The notes beneath the pieces are model-generated. The model was not told the DNA's origin and searched no databases. It saw only the letters and a program-made list of their open reading frames with translations. A stretch of 64,000 nt of DNA from Amphiscolops sp. MND2022 (Eukaryota), in assembly GCA_964187785.1 (NCBI GenBank), contig OZ076409.1, positions 5,458,001 through 5,522,000 of the forward strand, given 5' to 3'. Positions 40,391-52,417 of this stretch are shown here, in pieces. Within the stretch, counting starts at the first letter, position 1. Each line of letters starts with the position of its first letter. Made by a program: the position numbers and the translations under genes.

Positions 40391-42404
40391 TTGTCATCTT
40401 ATAATTGAAGAACGCTTAACACATGCTTTCAAAATGGGGTATGAACCAACAATAATTCCAAAATCAATGGAAAACTATGTTTCAGTCGAAGTAGGTTGTC
40501 AATATTTTTAGATTCAAAAAGATTTTTATCTTCTAGTTTGGACAAATTAGTTAGGAGTATAAACAGTTTTCCAATAATGCAAGAAAATTGTCTTAATGCC
40601 GAATTATTGAAAAAGAAAATGGCGTATCCTTATGAATACTTTAATCTTGATAATTTTCAAGAACCATTAAATCTAACAAAAGAAAACATTTGATCAACAC
40701 TAAAATAAGAAATCCCTCCAGATGACGAAATTAGCAGTACACAAGAAATTATCAAAAAGTTTAATATTACAAACGGACAAGAATTAACTATGTTGTTTAA
40801 AATTGGATGTTCTCATAATAACTGATGTCTTTGAGAACTTTGTGCAAACATTCACTGAAGAGTACGGTATTAATCCACTATCTCATACTCAGCTTCAGGT
40901 TATACAAGGAAAGCTGGTTTAAAATTGAGCAAAATCAAGTTGGATTTCTTAAAAGATAAAGAAATTTTATCACTTTTAGAAAATAATATACGTGGAGGAA
41001 TTTCAAGTGTTATGGGTGATTGGCATTTTGTGTATCGAATGTCAAAAAACAAATTTGATACATTGATGCGAATAGTCTATATGGATGGGCTATGTCCCAG
41101 TATCTTCCTTCTGGCGAGTACGAAAAAATACAGCTTTGTTCGGTACCTTTTATTCCGAATACCGAACAAGGCTGTAATTACAAACTAGAGCAACTAGTAG
41201 AAGATTTATCACAAGTACCAGATGATAATGAATATAGATTCTTTATAGAATGTGGTTAGGAATATCCAGCTGATATCAAAGAAAAAAGAGGAAACCTTTC
41301 CTTTATGTCCTTATCAAGTAGAAGCTAATTGTGAGTGATTCTCAGATTATATGATAATAGGTAAACAACCGAAATACAAACCAATCCAGAAACTTGTGTG
41401 TGACCTAACAAAACAAAAGTATATGATGCACTACAGGATGTTCAAATTTTACATCAACATGGGTATGAAAGTAACAAAAATGCATACAATTTATAGGTTC
41501 AAGCAAAGTCAATGGTTAGGAAAATATATTGATCACAACGACCAAAAAAGCACCGAAGCAAAAACAAACTTTGAAAAAGACCTGTAGAAGGTAATGAACA
41601 ATGCTTTTTTTGGTAAGACTTTAGAAAATGTAAGAGACAAAACCAATCTAGATTTCATTAGTCATTCTGAAATACAACAAATATAAAAAGAAAATCCAAG
41701 TTGGGTTTTAAAGGTATTGCGAATCATTATTCTACGTTTAGTGTAGACAAGTATGATAGAGAAAAAACACTCTTAAACAAACCATATTTTCGAGGTTCTC
41801 TGTGCTAGAATTAAGTAAACTTTTTTTTATGAAATTTAATATAAATGTTTAGAACAATATTGGCATGAGAAAGTACATTTACAATATAAGGACACTGACA
41901 GTTTTGTTCTTAGATTTGATGCAAACAAAGTAGGTTTGATGGATTTCCTATAACAAAAGAAAGATGAATTTGATTAAAGTGAATTAGATAAACATCATCA
42001 ATTACATGGTCCTATTACCAAAAACGTTATAGGAAAAGTGAAAATTGAAACAAGTCCAGATTTGGTGTTAGATAGCATCGCAGCTTTACGATCAAAGTCA
42101 TATTTTTTTTCGTATGATAACCCGAATGGTTCGCAAAATATGTCATGAAAAACAAAATAAACTAGCTTTGAATCCTTTTGACAATAAGCGTATGTACTTA
42201 AATCAAGTAAGAAAATTACCATGGGATAAACACACACAACAAAGCGATTGTCCATGTTCATATTGTGGGAAGTTTATACTTTTAGATATCATAAAGAAAT
42301 AATTGAAAATGAAACAGATGAAGAAATTCATTTAAACGTTTGGTATTGGAAAAAAACCCATCAACAACTTTTAAAACTGATAAGTGATCGAGCACATCTT
42401 TTAT

Positions 42405-42604
42405 NNNNNNNNNNNNNNNNNNNNNNNNNNNNNNNNNNNNNNNNNNNNNNNNNNNNNNNNNNNNNNNNNNNNNNNNNNNNNNNNNNNNNNNNNNNNNNNN
42501 NNNNNNNNNNNNNNNNNNNNNNNNNNNNNNNNNNNNNNNNNNNNNNNNNNNNNNNNNNNNNNNNNNNNNNNNNNNNNNNNNNNNNNNNNNNNNNNNNNNN
42601 NNNN
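42405..42604. other. Assembly gap (200 N)
   Basis: Run of n. Confidence 1.
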
Positions 42605-43806
42605 CCATCACTGCAGAAACTTGTCAGTTTGGGTGTTAGAACAAGCGCATAAGCTATATAATCAGCTACATCAATGACAGCACTGAATTTAAATTCTAAT
42701 CTAATAGGTTGACTACCAATATGATCTTTTTGTTCAGATAAGTCAAATACATGAAAATTACAATTTGTCCTGAATTTATGTAAACCAAAAAATGGCCTCA
42801 CTAAGTTAGTTTCACTTTTCAACCGATAGAAGTTTTCTCTTCCTTGATATGCTTCACGGTAGCTATCTCTATCATAATCACACTCAATGCCGTCAACAGG
42901 ATATTTTTTGATCCAATTTTACAAACAGCATTTGAAAAAGGTAAACGATCAATTATTGCATTATCATGTGTTTGCGAATCAATTCTATTTCTAGCTTAAA
43001 ATCCGACTTTTACGAAAGTTGAAGTAGATTCACCACTATTTCCCAAGTCAAAGGTTCAATGAATATTAGTGTTTACATCTTTTCTAAAAACAATTCTTTC
43101 GTCATAACTCAATTCAGTTGGATTTTTATTCAATAACTGATCCATTACAATTTGTTGGTTTTCTATGCTAGGTGTGAAGTGTGGAATATGCCAACCAATA
43201 TCGTTTATAAAAATTTTTGCAGCATCTACTTCATTATCCCTTATAATGGGATCGTTATTATTATTCCGTTTTAAAGTAAGAGTAGAACCCAAACCATATG
43301 TTATTTTTTCTTGATCAGCAAACCCAAATAAATCAGTTAGCTTGATGTTCACAAAGGACGTTCCTTTCTCTGTCATATTAGTAGTTAGTTCTAAATTTCT
43401 GGTTGCCTGTGTTTCTTCAAATCCATACATCAGTTCACTCGTTTGCTGACCACTAGTTAAACGTTTGTTCATTAAACTTACCGTGTGTAAATTATTTTTC
43501 CAAGGTGTTTCCCCGAACTGGTTGTCAGCTTAGCTTCACTAAAAAAGCAACAGGCCGAAAATTAATTACGCTCATCTGATCACCATCGGCATTATCTTGC
43601 ATCATCTTGCTTGAATACTTCAAAATCTCTTGATATTAATGATATTTGTAAACAGTTATATGCATCTTCTCTTCGCAAGCTGATTGAAATATTTGCATTA
43701 TTATTGTTAACTGTTGATAGAGTATTAAGTGAATATTTTATAAAACCAATTTAACGAGTATATTTATCCATAGCAATTTTCTTTTTCAATGAATATAATT
43801 CTATTT
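42605..43806 (-). pseudogene. Polinton major capsid protein
   Basis: Fragments 43056-43472 (LFGFADQEKITYGLG.TLTLKR) and a C-terminus FHVFDLSEQKD...PIRLEFKF...YALVL, typical of Polinton/adintovirus MCPs. Position within the element fits. Confidence 0.75.
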
Positions 43807-43879
43807 ATATTACAAGAAAAATCCTTATTTAAAATTTATACTTCTATTATTTTTACCAAATAAGATAAACTTGAAAAAG

Positions 43880-44407
43880 TAAACTCAGAATTTAGTTCAG
43901 TTTTATTTGTTTTATATACATCACATGTTTGTTTTAGTTTATTGTTTTCACTCAAATCAATTTTTTTGTCTTCTAGACACTTTGAATGTAGTTTACAGAA
44001 ATCATGTAGTGTTCTACCAGCAAGTGTATATTTCATAATATTTTGTTGTTCTTTTGTTTTCAGATACGCTCCAGCAATTTTACTAAATAAACATAAATCA
44101 GCTCCAATACCACTTGCTATAGGTACAACAATAATTCCAACTCTAGTAACACTTAATGTTATACATCTTGATGATACTGATACACCTAAAATCAGAATAG
44201 CACTAACAGACTGAATTAAAGCGGTTATAATTTTATATGTTTCAGATTTATTTTGATATTTTTAGCTTCAAGATTATAAAAACTTTTAACATCTTTTGTA
44301 TTTTGAATTGAATTATTGAAACTTTTTATTTCCTTCAACCGTATATTAAGAGATCCTTTATCTAAAGCATCTGATTTGCGTAAACTAGGATATAGTTTTT
44401 CACTCAT
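43880..44407 (-). pseudogene. Polinton hydrophobic/coiled-coil protein
   Basis: MSEKLYPSL..., a hydrophobic segment SAILILGVSV...VGIIVVPIASGIG, then HSKCLEDKKI. Frameshifted. Confidence 0.5.
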
Positions 44408-45199
44408 TTAAAGTCAAATAAAAACTTGGTTTTAAATTTATTTAAATGAACACTTGTTTTTGTAAAGCCTTCATTCTTTATAAAGTATGAAATTGAGCTC
44501 AGTATCGGTTAGTTTCATTCTATATTTAAGATAGACAATACCTTTGTACTGCTCTTTTTTCAAACTATTCAACATGGTTTGTTTTGTTGAATACCCTAAG
44601 TCCAATAAATTATACACAACATCTGATGTTTGTACTTTTTTCCCGTAATTTTCCTGCAAGTTTTTATTACCAAACGTTAGATACTCAATGAAACTTTGGT
44701 CTTTTTTTCAAATAAGTCAAACAATCTAATATACAGCTTTGCTGGCTTTGCCTAAGATTTTGTTCGAAGTTATTACGTAAAATGACTTGTTGGTCATTGC
44801 CTGGTTTGACTGCTTCCGAAATAATTTCTTCCTTTCTTTCTTTTAATTTAATTTTGATATCTCGTTCTAAATATTTCAAAATTTTTTAAAATTTTCTTTT
44901 TGCGAAGCCAGCTTGTTGTATTTTTCTTTATACCTAAGAATAACTGGGGCATTGACTACTACCTCGGTTTCACCGTCGTCAAAAGTAAATTCTTGTGTAT
45001 GCAAAGCGCCTTCGGTGTTTTGTAGGTGATTTAAATTATCAGATATGCCACCAAAGGCGTTTTGCATATCGTTAAGTTTTATGTTAATTAATTTGGTTTG
45101 TGATTCCAATTCTTTTTTAGGATTCTCAATCTTATCTTTTTGCAAACTATCGACACTATAACCAAATTAATGAATTGACATTTTTTTAGGTATAACTAC

Positions 45200-46053
45200 T
45201 CAAATTGATCTAAGAGTTTCATACTTTCTAACGTTTTGTTGTTAGATATAAATTTGAATACACTTCTTAGAAGTTCTTGTTCATAATATTTTCCTTCTAA
45301 TAATTCGTTGGTTTTGTCTTCTAAACCATAGGTAACCGGATTTGTTTTGTAAATTTTATGTTTTTTAAAAAGTTCTCTATTCCGAGTTGTTGTTTAACTT
45401 TTACTATATAAATTGCGTTTATCAGGAACTCTTACAAAATCTCCCACTTGAACTTTGGGATATTTATTATCACTACTAGGTGTTAGACTAGGTATTAGTT
45501 TTCGATTATTTGACATTTCAAATGGTGTCATTTTGGTTGTACCATGAACACGATTATTGTACTTTTCCAGAGCAGCATCAAGATGATTCAACCAACAAGT
45601 TTTACCTTCAAAATACATAGGTTCATTAATTAAGTCCAAAAGTGTTATATTGAATCGTTCAACAAAAATTGCTTGCAAATCTGAATTAGTTGAAGAATTT
45701 GATTGTTTTGCTCTTAGGTAGTGTAAAAATATTTTGTTATAAACCTCTTTACCTCTATCTGACCAAATTTTATCAGGTTTTCTTTTTGCTTTTTTATTAG
45801 GATTTTTTAAGGCATTTGTTGTATTTTTTCCGAATTTACCTTTAGGAGGAATCGCCCATGCATATTTAGTATAGTTATGAAACATTGCGAAAATAAACTT
45901 GTAGTTTTTGTTGTACTTTGCTAAGCTAGACCGGTCTATTAGATCAATACTCCAACACTCATCTCTATATTGAGTTTGTATTTGAATTCTTTGAAACTTC
46001 TTGATTACAGGAGAGAACATTTCTTTTGCAATTTCTTTCTTCTTTCCATTCAA
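45200..46053 (-). pseudogene. int: Polinton retroviral-like (rve) integrase
   Basis: WSIDLID, YAWAIP, IWSDRGKE, VERFN, YNNRVH.TTKMTP, VGDFVRV, GKYYEQEL. Confidence 0.93.
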
Positions 46054-46085
46054 TTATTATTCTAAAAATTTCACCTAATCGGTGA

Positions 46086-46148
46086 TACAGCTTCGCTGGC
46101 TTCGCATACAGCAAAGCTGGCTTCGCATACAACAAAGCTGGTTTCGCA
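46086..46148 (-). repeat. Three tandem 21-bp double mini-hairpin modules
   Basis: tacagcttcgctggcttcgca / tacagcaaagctggcttcgca / tacaacaaagctggtttcgca, followed by 18-bp modules at 46148, 46196 and 46221. Confidence 0.9.
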
Positions 46149-46339
46149 CCGAAGGAGTTTTGCTTACCAAGTTGTTATTATATTTTACCGGAGTTACCGA
46201 ATGCGCTTTGCGTGTTTTACACCGAAGGAGTTTTGCTTTTTTCCCTAATAAATGAATAAATATTTTTAAAAGGTTTATTGTGTGTAATTTTTTTTTTGGA
46301 TATTAATTGGTATTATATTAGGCCTTGATATTATAAAAA

Positions 46340-47247
46340 AATATACCAAATTTAAACAATTTAAAGGATTTAAACATTCTCATTTAACTAATCAACCAGA
46401 AGAACCCCAACTCAAACTAATCAGTAATACAAATTGTCATATGTTAAATTTTGGTACTAGTAGGTCAGGTAAGACATCTTTCTTAAACTATTATTTTGAT
46501 CAAACTAAATTAAATTTTATTGTATTCGGTAGAGATGAAACTGAACTCCATCATGAAAACTATATACCTTTATTTCAATTAGAAAACATGAATATAGAAC
46601 AACTTGCTAATTGAACTATAATTTTAGATGATGCAGGTGCACATAAAAGCCTTGCAACAAAAGTAGAAGATTGATTCAGATTTGGAAGACATCATAATAC
46701 ACAGGTTATTTATCTTGCACACTATGCAAAGGATGTTCTTCCAGTTGTAAGAGAAAATTGTTTCAAGTTTTATATCACAATAAATAATCCAGATAGTTTC
46801 TTTCAAACAATAGTAAGCACTTTTAGTATAAAAGAATTTAATTGGAAACAAAATCGTAGTCAGTTAGAATTTAGTTATGTTGAATTTGATACAAGATCAC
46901 AAAAGTATAAAATACTCAACCAGAAGTAGCAAGTAGTATATGATACAACTAAACATATATGGAGTCCTGAGGATTATGTGAAATTTGAAAGTTATTTTTC
47001 ACAGATGAAGAAAATAATAGACTAAAAGGACTTTTAGAAGTATTGTCAGATCAAACAATTGAATTATAACACCTTTTATTGTACCTTAATAATATGTATA
47101 TTATTGTAAACAAACTAAAATTAAAGTGAATGATTTAAAGGTAGATAATTATGTAGAAAGAATGCAAAGGCCATATATTTCAGACCAACTTAAAGAGGAA
47201 ATTAAAAATATAAGAAACGAACAAGCAATCACATATATTAAAAGTTA
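46340..47247 (+). pseudogene. A32/FtsK-like packaging ATPase
   Basis: GTSRSGKT (Walker A, ~46454), TIILDDAG (Walker B), FRFGRHHNTQVIYLAH. Internal stops. Confidence 0.85.
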
Positions 47248-47933
47248 ACTTTTTTGTTTATCATCAAAAATACAGCTTCGCTGGCTTCGCAAAATGGGTT
47301 TGACTTCTTAGTGATTTTTCATTCACTAAGAGTATATATTTCAGCACTAAGCTTATAGGCTACACTTAGGATGATATGCTCTTCTTGAATCTGCTTAGTG
47401 ATTTAGTGATTTTTAACTAAATAAATGAAGTGTTTAATTTGTGATAAAAATAGTGAAAAATCGTTAGGTGATGATTGTTAATAAAAAATGTAAAGAGTGT
47501 AATGTATTTTACAGATATTTACAAGTATAAAAAATTTTATAGTATAAGTAGAGAATGTTTCAATAAAAACGTAAAAAGGTGAATACTGTAACAAAGAATT
47601 CAATAAAAGATGTTTATCAAAACATATCGAGAGATGCCTAATAAAAAGATGTTTTGTCAAGAGTAATAATTTTACAATAATTGAAAATCATGATATTGAA
47701 AACAATATTATTACAAATGATAATGAAAATAATGTATTTACAAATGATAATGAAAATCATAATAATGAAACTAATGTTATAAATCATGATGATGAGTTCA
47801 AAGAATTATGCAGAGAGGCATGGGAAGAAAAATACAATTATTTATTAACAAACAGGTTAGAAGATAAAAAGGGTAAAAATGTAGGATTTGTACTGAATCT
47901 AATCCGCAATACCAGGTATTTAATCCACATTTT

Positions 47934-48870
47934 CTAACTTAAGGAGCTTGTGATTTTTTGGTGTTGACTTGTTGTAATGCATTCATAGTCCAGGAGTTTA
48001 TCAACATATGCTATGATTTGTTCACCAAGCATTGGAATATCACTACCCCTTACTTTTTCTAACACAATTAACTTGAGTTGATCTACAAGCTCAACTGGAT
48101 CAGATGGAAGGAAAATAAATTGTTTCAATCCACTTCATGATTGGGGTTGAAATAAACTTTTAACTATTTCATATCTACTTAGTTTGTGATCTCCATAATT
48201 TAGATTGTATTCCATATCATTCAGACAAGAATGAATTAGATTCTTATTTTGTATTTCTTTGTCCATTTGTGTTTTTGTTATAGAATTATGAAGATCCGGA
48301 TCATTTAAATTATAAGTGTTACGATTCTGGAAAGTCATCGTTGAACCTTTGATTGTTACTTGATGCGGATCAGCGGGGTTAATTAGGAATGAATTTGAAT
48401 TACCTTCCACAGGTTCTAAACTAAATAGCTTTTTGTTTTTGTCATTAGGCAAGTTAGAAACTGTCTTAACGATACTAGAATCAACTTGGTTTGAATTAAC
48501 AATATCTGTAACAAGTTGATTTTTACGATTAGTATTTTCATCATATTCTTTAATAGATTTTTGTAAATTTTTATTCAAAGCGTTACTCGATTCTCGTATT
48601 GCTCTAGTTTTGTCTTGTATTGCTTGTGTTGTAGTATGGGCAGAATCACGTAGCGCTTGAATTTGTTTAGTTTGGTTTTGTTTCTGGTTTTCAGTAGCTT
48701 CAACCTGCTTTGCAGTAACGGGTTCCAAAACTTCTTCCATATCATAATGAAAGTCCTGCTTCCCAAGTTTCGCTTTTAATCTTTCAGCTTTTAATAAAGA
48801 TTTTGATTCTTGTATTTTTTTTCAATTTTTCTAAATCATCTCGAATATGAATTGTATACATTCATTATAG
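47934..48870 (-). pseudogene. Conserved Polinton protein (coiled coil plus LPSDP.EL...L.L C-terminus)
   Basis: ORFs 48135-48740 and 47934-48128 (FLPSDPVELVDQLKLIVLEK). Confidence 0.6.
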
Positions 48871-48939
48871 AAGAAATATGTATATTTTTTTTAAAGTTTC
48901 GCAATCATAATAATTTTATATTTATATTTAATTAATGAA

Positions 48940-49352
48940 TTATATAATGAACTTTACCCAAATACAGGCCTCTTCCTTGATGAACAAATTTATAAAATGA
49001 GGAGCAGTTGCAGCTTTTATTCGAGGATTTTTACTCGCTGCGGCAGTTCCAGTATTTGCTGCTAGCTCTAATGCTCTGCCAGGATTATTCAAAAATTTCT
49101 TTCCAACCTTCTTAGCAGCTGTACCAATAGGTTTAAAGAAGCCACTCAATCCTTCTGCTTGTTTAGTTTGATCTGATACTATAGGTGACTTATTTCTTTT
49201 ATAAGTTGAACATCAACAAGTACTTCTTGATATTTTAACAGGCCAACCAGTTTTTTATTTTGAGTAATATCTCCAGGAAAATTTGTGGTAGCGGAATGAT
49301 GTTTTTCACCAACACCACAAAAGGAAGTCTTTTTAAATTTATTAAAGCTCAT
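48940..49352 (-). pseudogene. Polinton small basic core-like protein
   Basis: AEGLSGFFKPIGTAAKKVGKKFLNNPGRALE...GRGLYLG, an amphipathic/basic Gly-rich pattern typical of Polinton core proteins. Confidence 0.5.
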
Positions 49353-49633
49353 TTATTTGCAAGAAAAAAAATGTTTTTCTTCCCTTCGCATGCCTTATTC
49401 TTGTTTATTATATGTTACAAAATTTGAATGATTCATTTATTAAGAAAAAAACTTGTTTCTTAGCTTCGCATTAAGAAAAAGGTTGATTAAATCCACTTGC
49501 GGATATCTTGTTTAAAAACTCTTGGTTTTGTTTTTGTTTTGATAATTTCTTTTTTGGATTATTATTATGCAATTGACTTTCATTCTCACTATCCAATGGC
49601 TTTTGAATTATTTCAAATTGAGCTGAATAATTA

Positions 49634-50065
49634 TTAATTTTCTTCATTTAGGAATGATCGTTTTTGATGATATAGAATTAACACTGCATTTTTAAATCCT
49701 ATAATTTGAGTGAGATATAATATATACAAACAATTAGCTGCACAATAACTATCTTTTTTCTGAATTTGATAATCTGAATAAATACCATTATTGTGATTGA
49801 GTATAAGGAATCTCTTGATTTTAGTTGGAGGTGGACAGCCATATGAATCGAAATAGTTTTGATTTGAAAACATAACCTAGTGTGTTCCTTTAGTTGGATG
49901 TAAGTTAACTATTCCTGTCTTCGTAAAAAACATATCATCTCTCAGGTATATCCCGGTTGAGTTTAATTTGAGTATGTCTAGGATTTCTTTTCTTTTTATA
50001 ATAGAAGTTGCTTCCTTTTTTATTCCATATTTTTCAACAAATTCTTTGAATGATAAATATTTCAT
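49634..50065 (-). pseudogene. Adenain-like cysteine protease
   Basis: GIVNL...GTH*V (W to stop), YFDSYG, YQIQ...SYCAANCLY: catalytic His/Asp/Gln/Cys in the expected order. Confidence 0.9.
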
Positions 50066-50196
50066 TTAATATTTATTTTTTCCATTTAAAACTTGTTCAT
50101 GAACTCCATACTAAACTTTTGAGTTGTTAGAAATGACTAATTTTTATTGATTTGTCTTGAAAAAATGCCTAATTTGTTAACTGGTTACTTGATTAC

Positions 50197-50686
50197 TTTT
50201 AGTCGGCGCTTTTGTAGGGAAAAGTGCCCGACTCTTACAGTGGCTATTTTTTTCTTTTCTTTTTTTTCGTCGGACTACAATCTCACTCTGATTGGGCCAC
50301 TTTTCTTACAATCGAAACTTCTAAAACTACTAGCATAAGGCCAAGTCCGGTCAGCGGAAATTAGTGCAAAAGGGTCCACCCTTTCATTTTTTGCTTTTTT
50401 ACCGTAACCTACAAAACCGGACGAGACTAAAAGGTTCGATTTTTTTTGGCCTTGTGCGACTTGGAAAATTTTTTAATGTCTCAAAAGAGTCCCCCTTTCG
50501 AGTTTTTCTGATATTTTGCAACAGAATATATGTTAATAAAGACCAAAGGGTCCCCCCTTTGCATTATTCGGCACTATGCGACATTTTCTGAAAAAAAATC
50601 AAAAATTTCGTGTTTTTTTAAAAAAAAGTCTTTTGCGCATTTTGAGCCTTAGATATAGCGCCGACTTTAAACGTTCCAGTCTTGTT
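50197..50686 (+). mobile_element. HINE/DINE-1-like element, copy 2
   Basis: AGTCGGCGCT (50201) / AGCGCCGACT (50657). Shares tttgagccttagatatagcgccgact and gggtccccc cores with 27207-27694. Confidence 0.7.
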
Positions 50687-51053
50687 TTTTGTAAAAACGG
50701 TAATTTTTCTGTCTGTTATTTTTTATAGTAAAAAACGGCACTTTTGATGATTTGTCTTGAAAAAAAGCTTAATTTGTTGACTTGTTGTATCAGGATCAGC
50801 AATTCGTGTACTACTTTTTGCAAACGCCAAGAACTATTTCACTCTTTACTGTTTTGGTAACGTCTTGATACTTCACATCGAATAAAACTGAATTAGTCTT
50901 TAATGCTAGTGGAAGAAGTCAGTGCCCAGTCACGGTGACAAGGTTCTGGAAGGGGCTCTCAGAGAAACACCGATTTCTCAAATGAACGAAGCAAACAGTC
51001 AAAGATGCATCTTCCTGCTGATGTTGATGCATCTAAAATGATGCATTACTCAC

Positions 51054-51254
51054 TTTTCACATGATGCCAATATGTCTGAACCATTATCACCTCCAAACAC
51101 AAACAGTTGGTTGTTGAGTGCAATCATCGCATGTATTCCTCTCTTCTCTTGCATGGGGTCACACTGCTTCCATTCTGATGTTGCACGTCGCGAGTCATGC
51201 ATATCAAGAGAGGCAATTGTACCATCATCTGTACTTCCTCCCGACACAAATAAT
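51054..51254 (-). CDS. Kelch-repeat gene exon (open)
   Basis: ttttccag|A TTA... reads LFVSGGSTDDGTIASLDMHDSRRATSEWKQCDPMQEKRGIHAMIALNNQLFVFGGDNGSDILASCE(K)|gtgagt, with two Kelch GG motifs. Confidence 0.88.
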
Positions 51255-52417
51255 CTGGAAAAAGTTATCGTAAAAGATAAGCTTGTAGCGGGTACATGTA
51301 TTTTGGAAGCTGTTTGCATCTATCAAATTGGGTCTATCAAGCGTTTCTTTCAACTTTCATATTTTTCATTTTGAATTTTCACTCCGAGTAGCAATTAAAA
51401 TTTTTTCGGTCGAAACATAGAGCAAATAACGCTGCCCCAATCCAGGGGTATCTAGGGATCGAATTAAACCTATCCGGGTTTTCCAACAAGGTTGATCATA
51501 CTCTGATCATATATGGTACCATACAAATCATACATTTATCATGATATTATCATGATCTATCGGGAATCATATATGATTCAGTGTATGGTCAGCCTGGAAT
51601 TATAAACTTCTATGATCCAGTCTGAAACCTTAAATGATCCAGTCTGGAATTATAAATTTCTCAGATTGTGATCAAACTGGAATCATAAATTTTTGTTTCA
51701 AACGCGGTTTGTCAATCCTTTTAAACAAACCTTTTCAAATATTGAGAACCATCAGCTTTAGAGGCTGAAGGCAATAGAGCCACATTTGACTTTTTGTATC
51801 TGCGAACAATATATTGCGGGTCAGAACTCCGTTAAACTCTTTGCGGATTTAAAAACAAACTGTAGTCACTCAATTAGTTCTCAGCCACGTCTTAGTTAAT
51901 AACTATCTTTTTGTTACAGCAGTACCCATTTTCAGTGTAACTTTGGTTCTTTCGAGAAGAATTACCTAATAACGGTAGTATAGTTATTGTAACGTGCCTC
52001 GTTCCTAGGACATCAGTAGTGAAGAAAACAGCCGGGTTTGCAACGGGGAAGGATTCCCCCCTACGGCCGGGATTTCAACGGGGTAGGCTTCTTCCATAAA
52101 ATGACATTTAGGAGCCGCTCCTATTGGTTTGAATTTAATTCAGCGATCGGAATGAATGTCTGAATTGATTTGGTGCTCGGGAAACTTGTTTCTTTCGGCG
52201 GTCGGAATGAACGTCGGGATTGCTCGGAAAAATGTTGATTCGGCGGTCGGAATTGATTTGTCGCTCGAGAAAAACATGCATTCGGTTGCCCAAATTGTGT
52301 CGACGTTAGGAAAAACATTTCTTTCAGAACTTGGGAATACTTCGCTGCTCGCGAAAAACGTTTGTTTTAATTAGACACCTGGAATTGTTTCACTTCTTCA
52401 GGAAAAGCGTTCCTTTT

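Larger units (their letters stand above)
30880..42400 (+). pseudogene. polB: Protein-primed family B DNA polymerase; 5' half amplified 5x, multiple stops and frameshifts
   Basis: FCFLWCI, VYADFEC (ExoI), KVRNHDHLTG.YRG.AHNKCN, NFSGYDCH (ExoII), YPYEYF, NNIRGGIS, DANSLYGWAMSQYLP (~41063), MNNAFFGK (~41594), YKDTDSF (~41885). Confidence 0.95.
29410..50100. mobile_element. Polinton/Maverick (adintovirus-like) endogenous element 1, decayed; termini not identified
   Basis: Contains protein-primed polB, MCP, rve integrase, A32-like ATPase and adenain-like protease. The left limit is inferred from its specific hairpin modules at 29491-29709. Confidence 0.9.

Noticed and set aside
42248..42822. ORFs spanning the N run
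   Set aside because: Artefacts of translating through the gap; polB (+) and MCP (-) converge on either side.
46086..46240. CRISPR-like array of short palindromic repeats
   Set aside because: Repeats are directly adjacent or irregularly spaced with no unique spacers, there are no cas genes, and the context is eukaryotic.
47680..47795. aatgataatgaaaat low-complexity repeat
   Set aside because: Ordinary slippage in an N/D/E-rich viral ORF remnant.
29410..50100. Intact, active virus
   Set aside because: Core genes carry stops or frameshifts; no TIRs or TSD were found; no minor capsid gene was seen (it may lie in the gap).
51590..51692. Short gatccagtctggaattataaa repeats
   Set aside because: Degenerate intronic minisatellite with no further structure.
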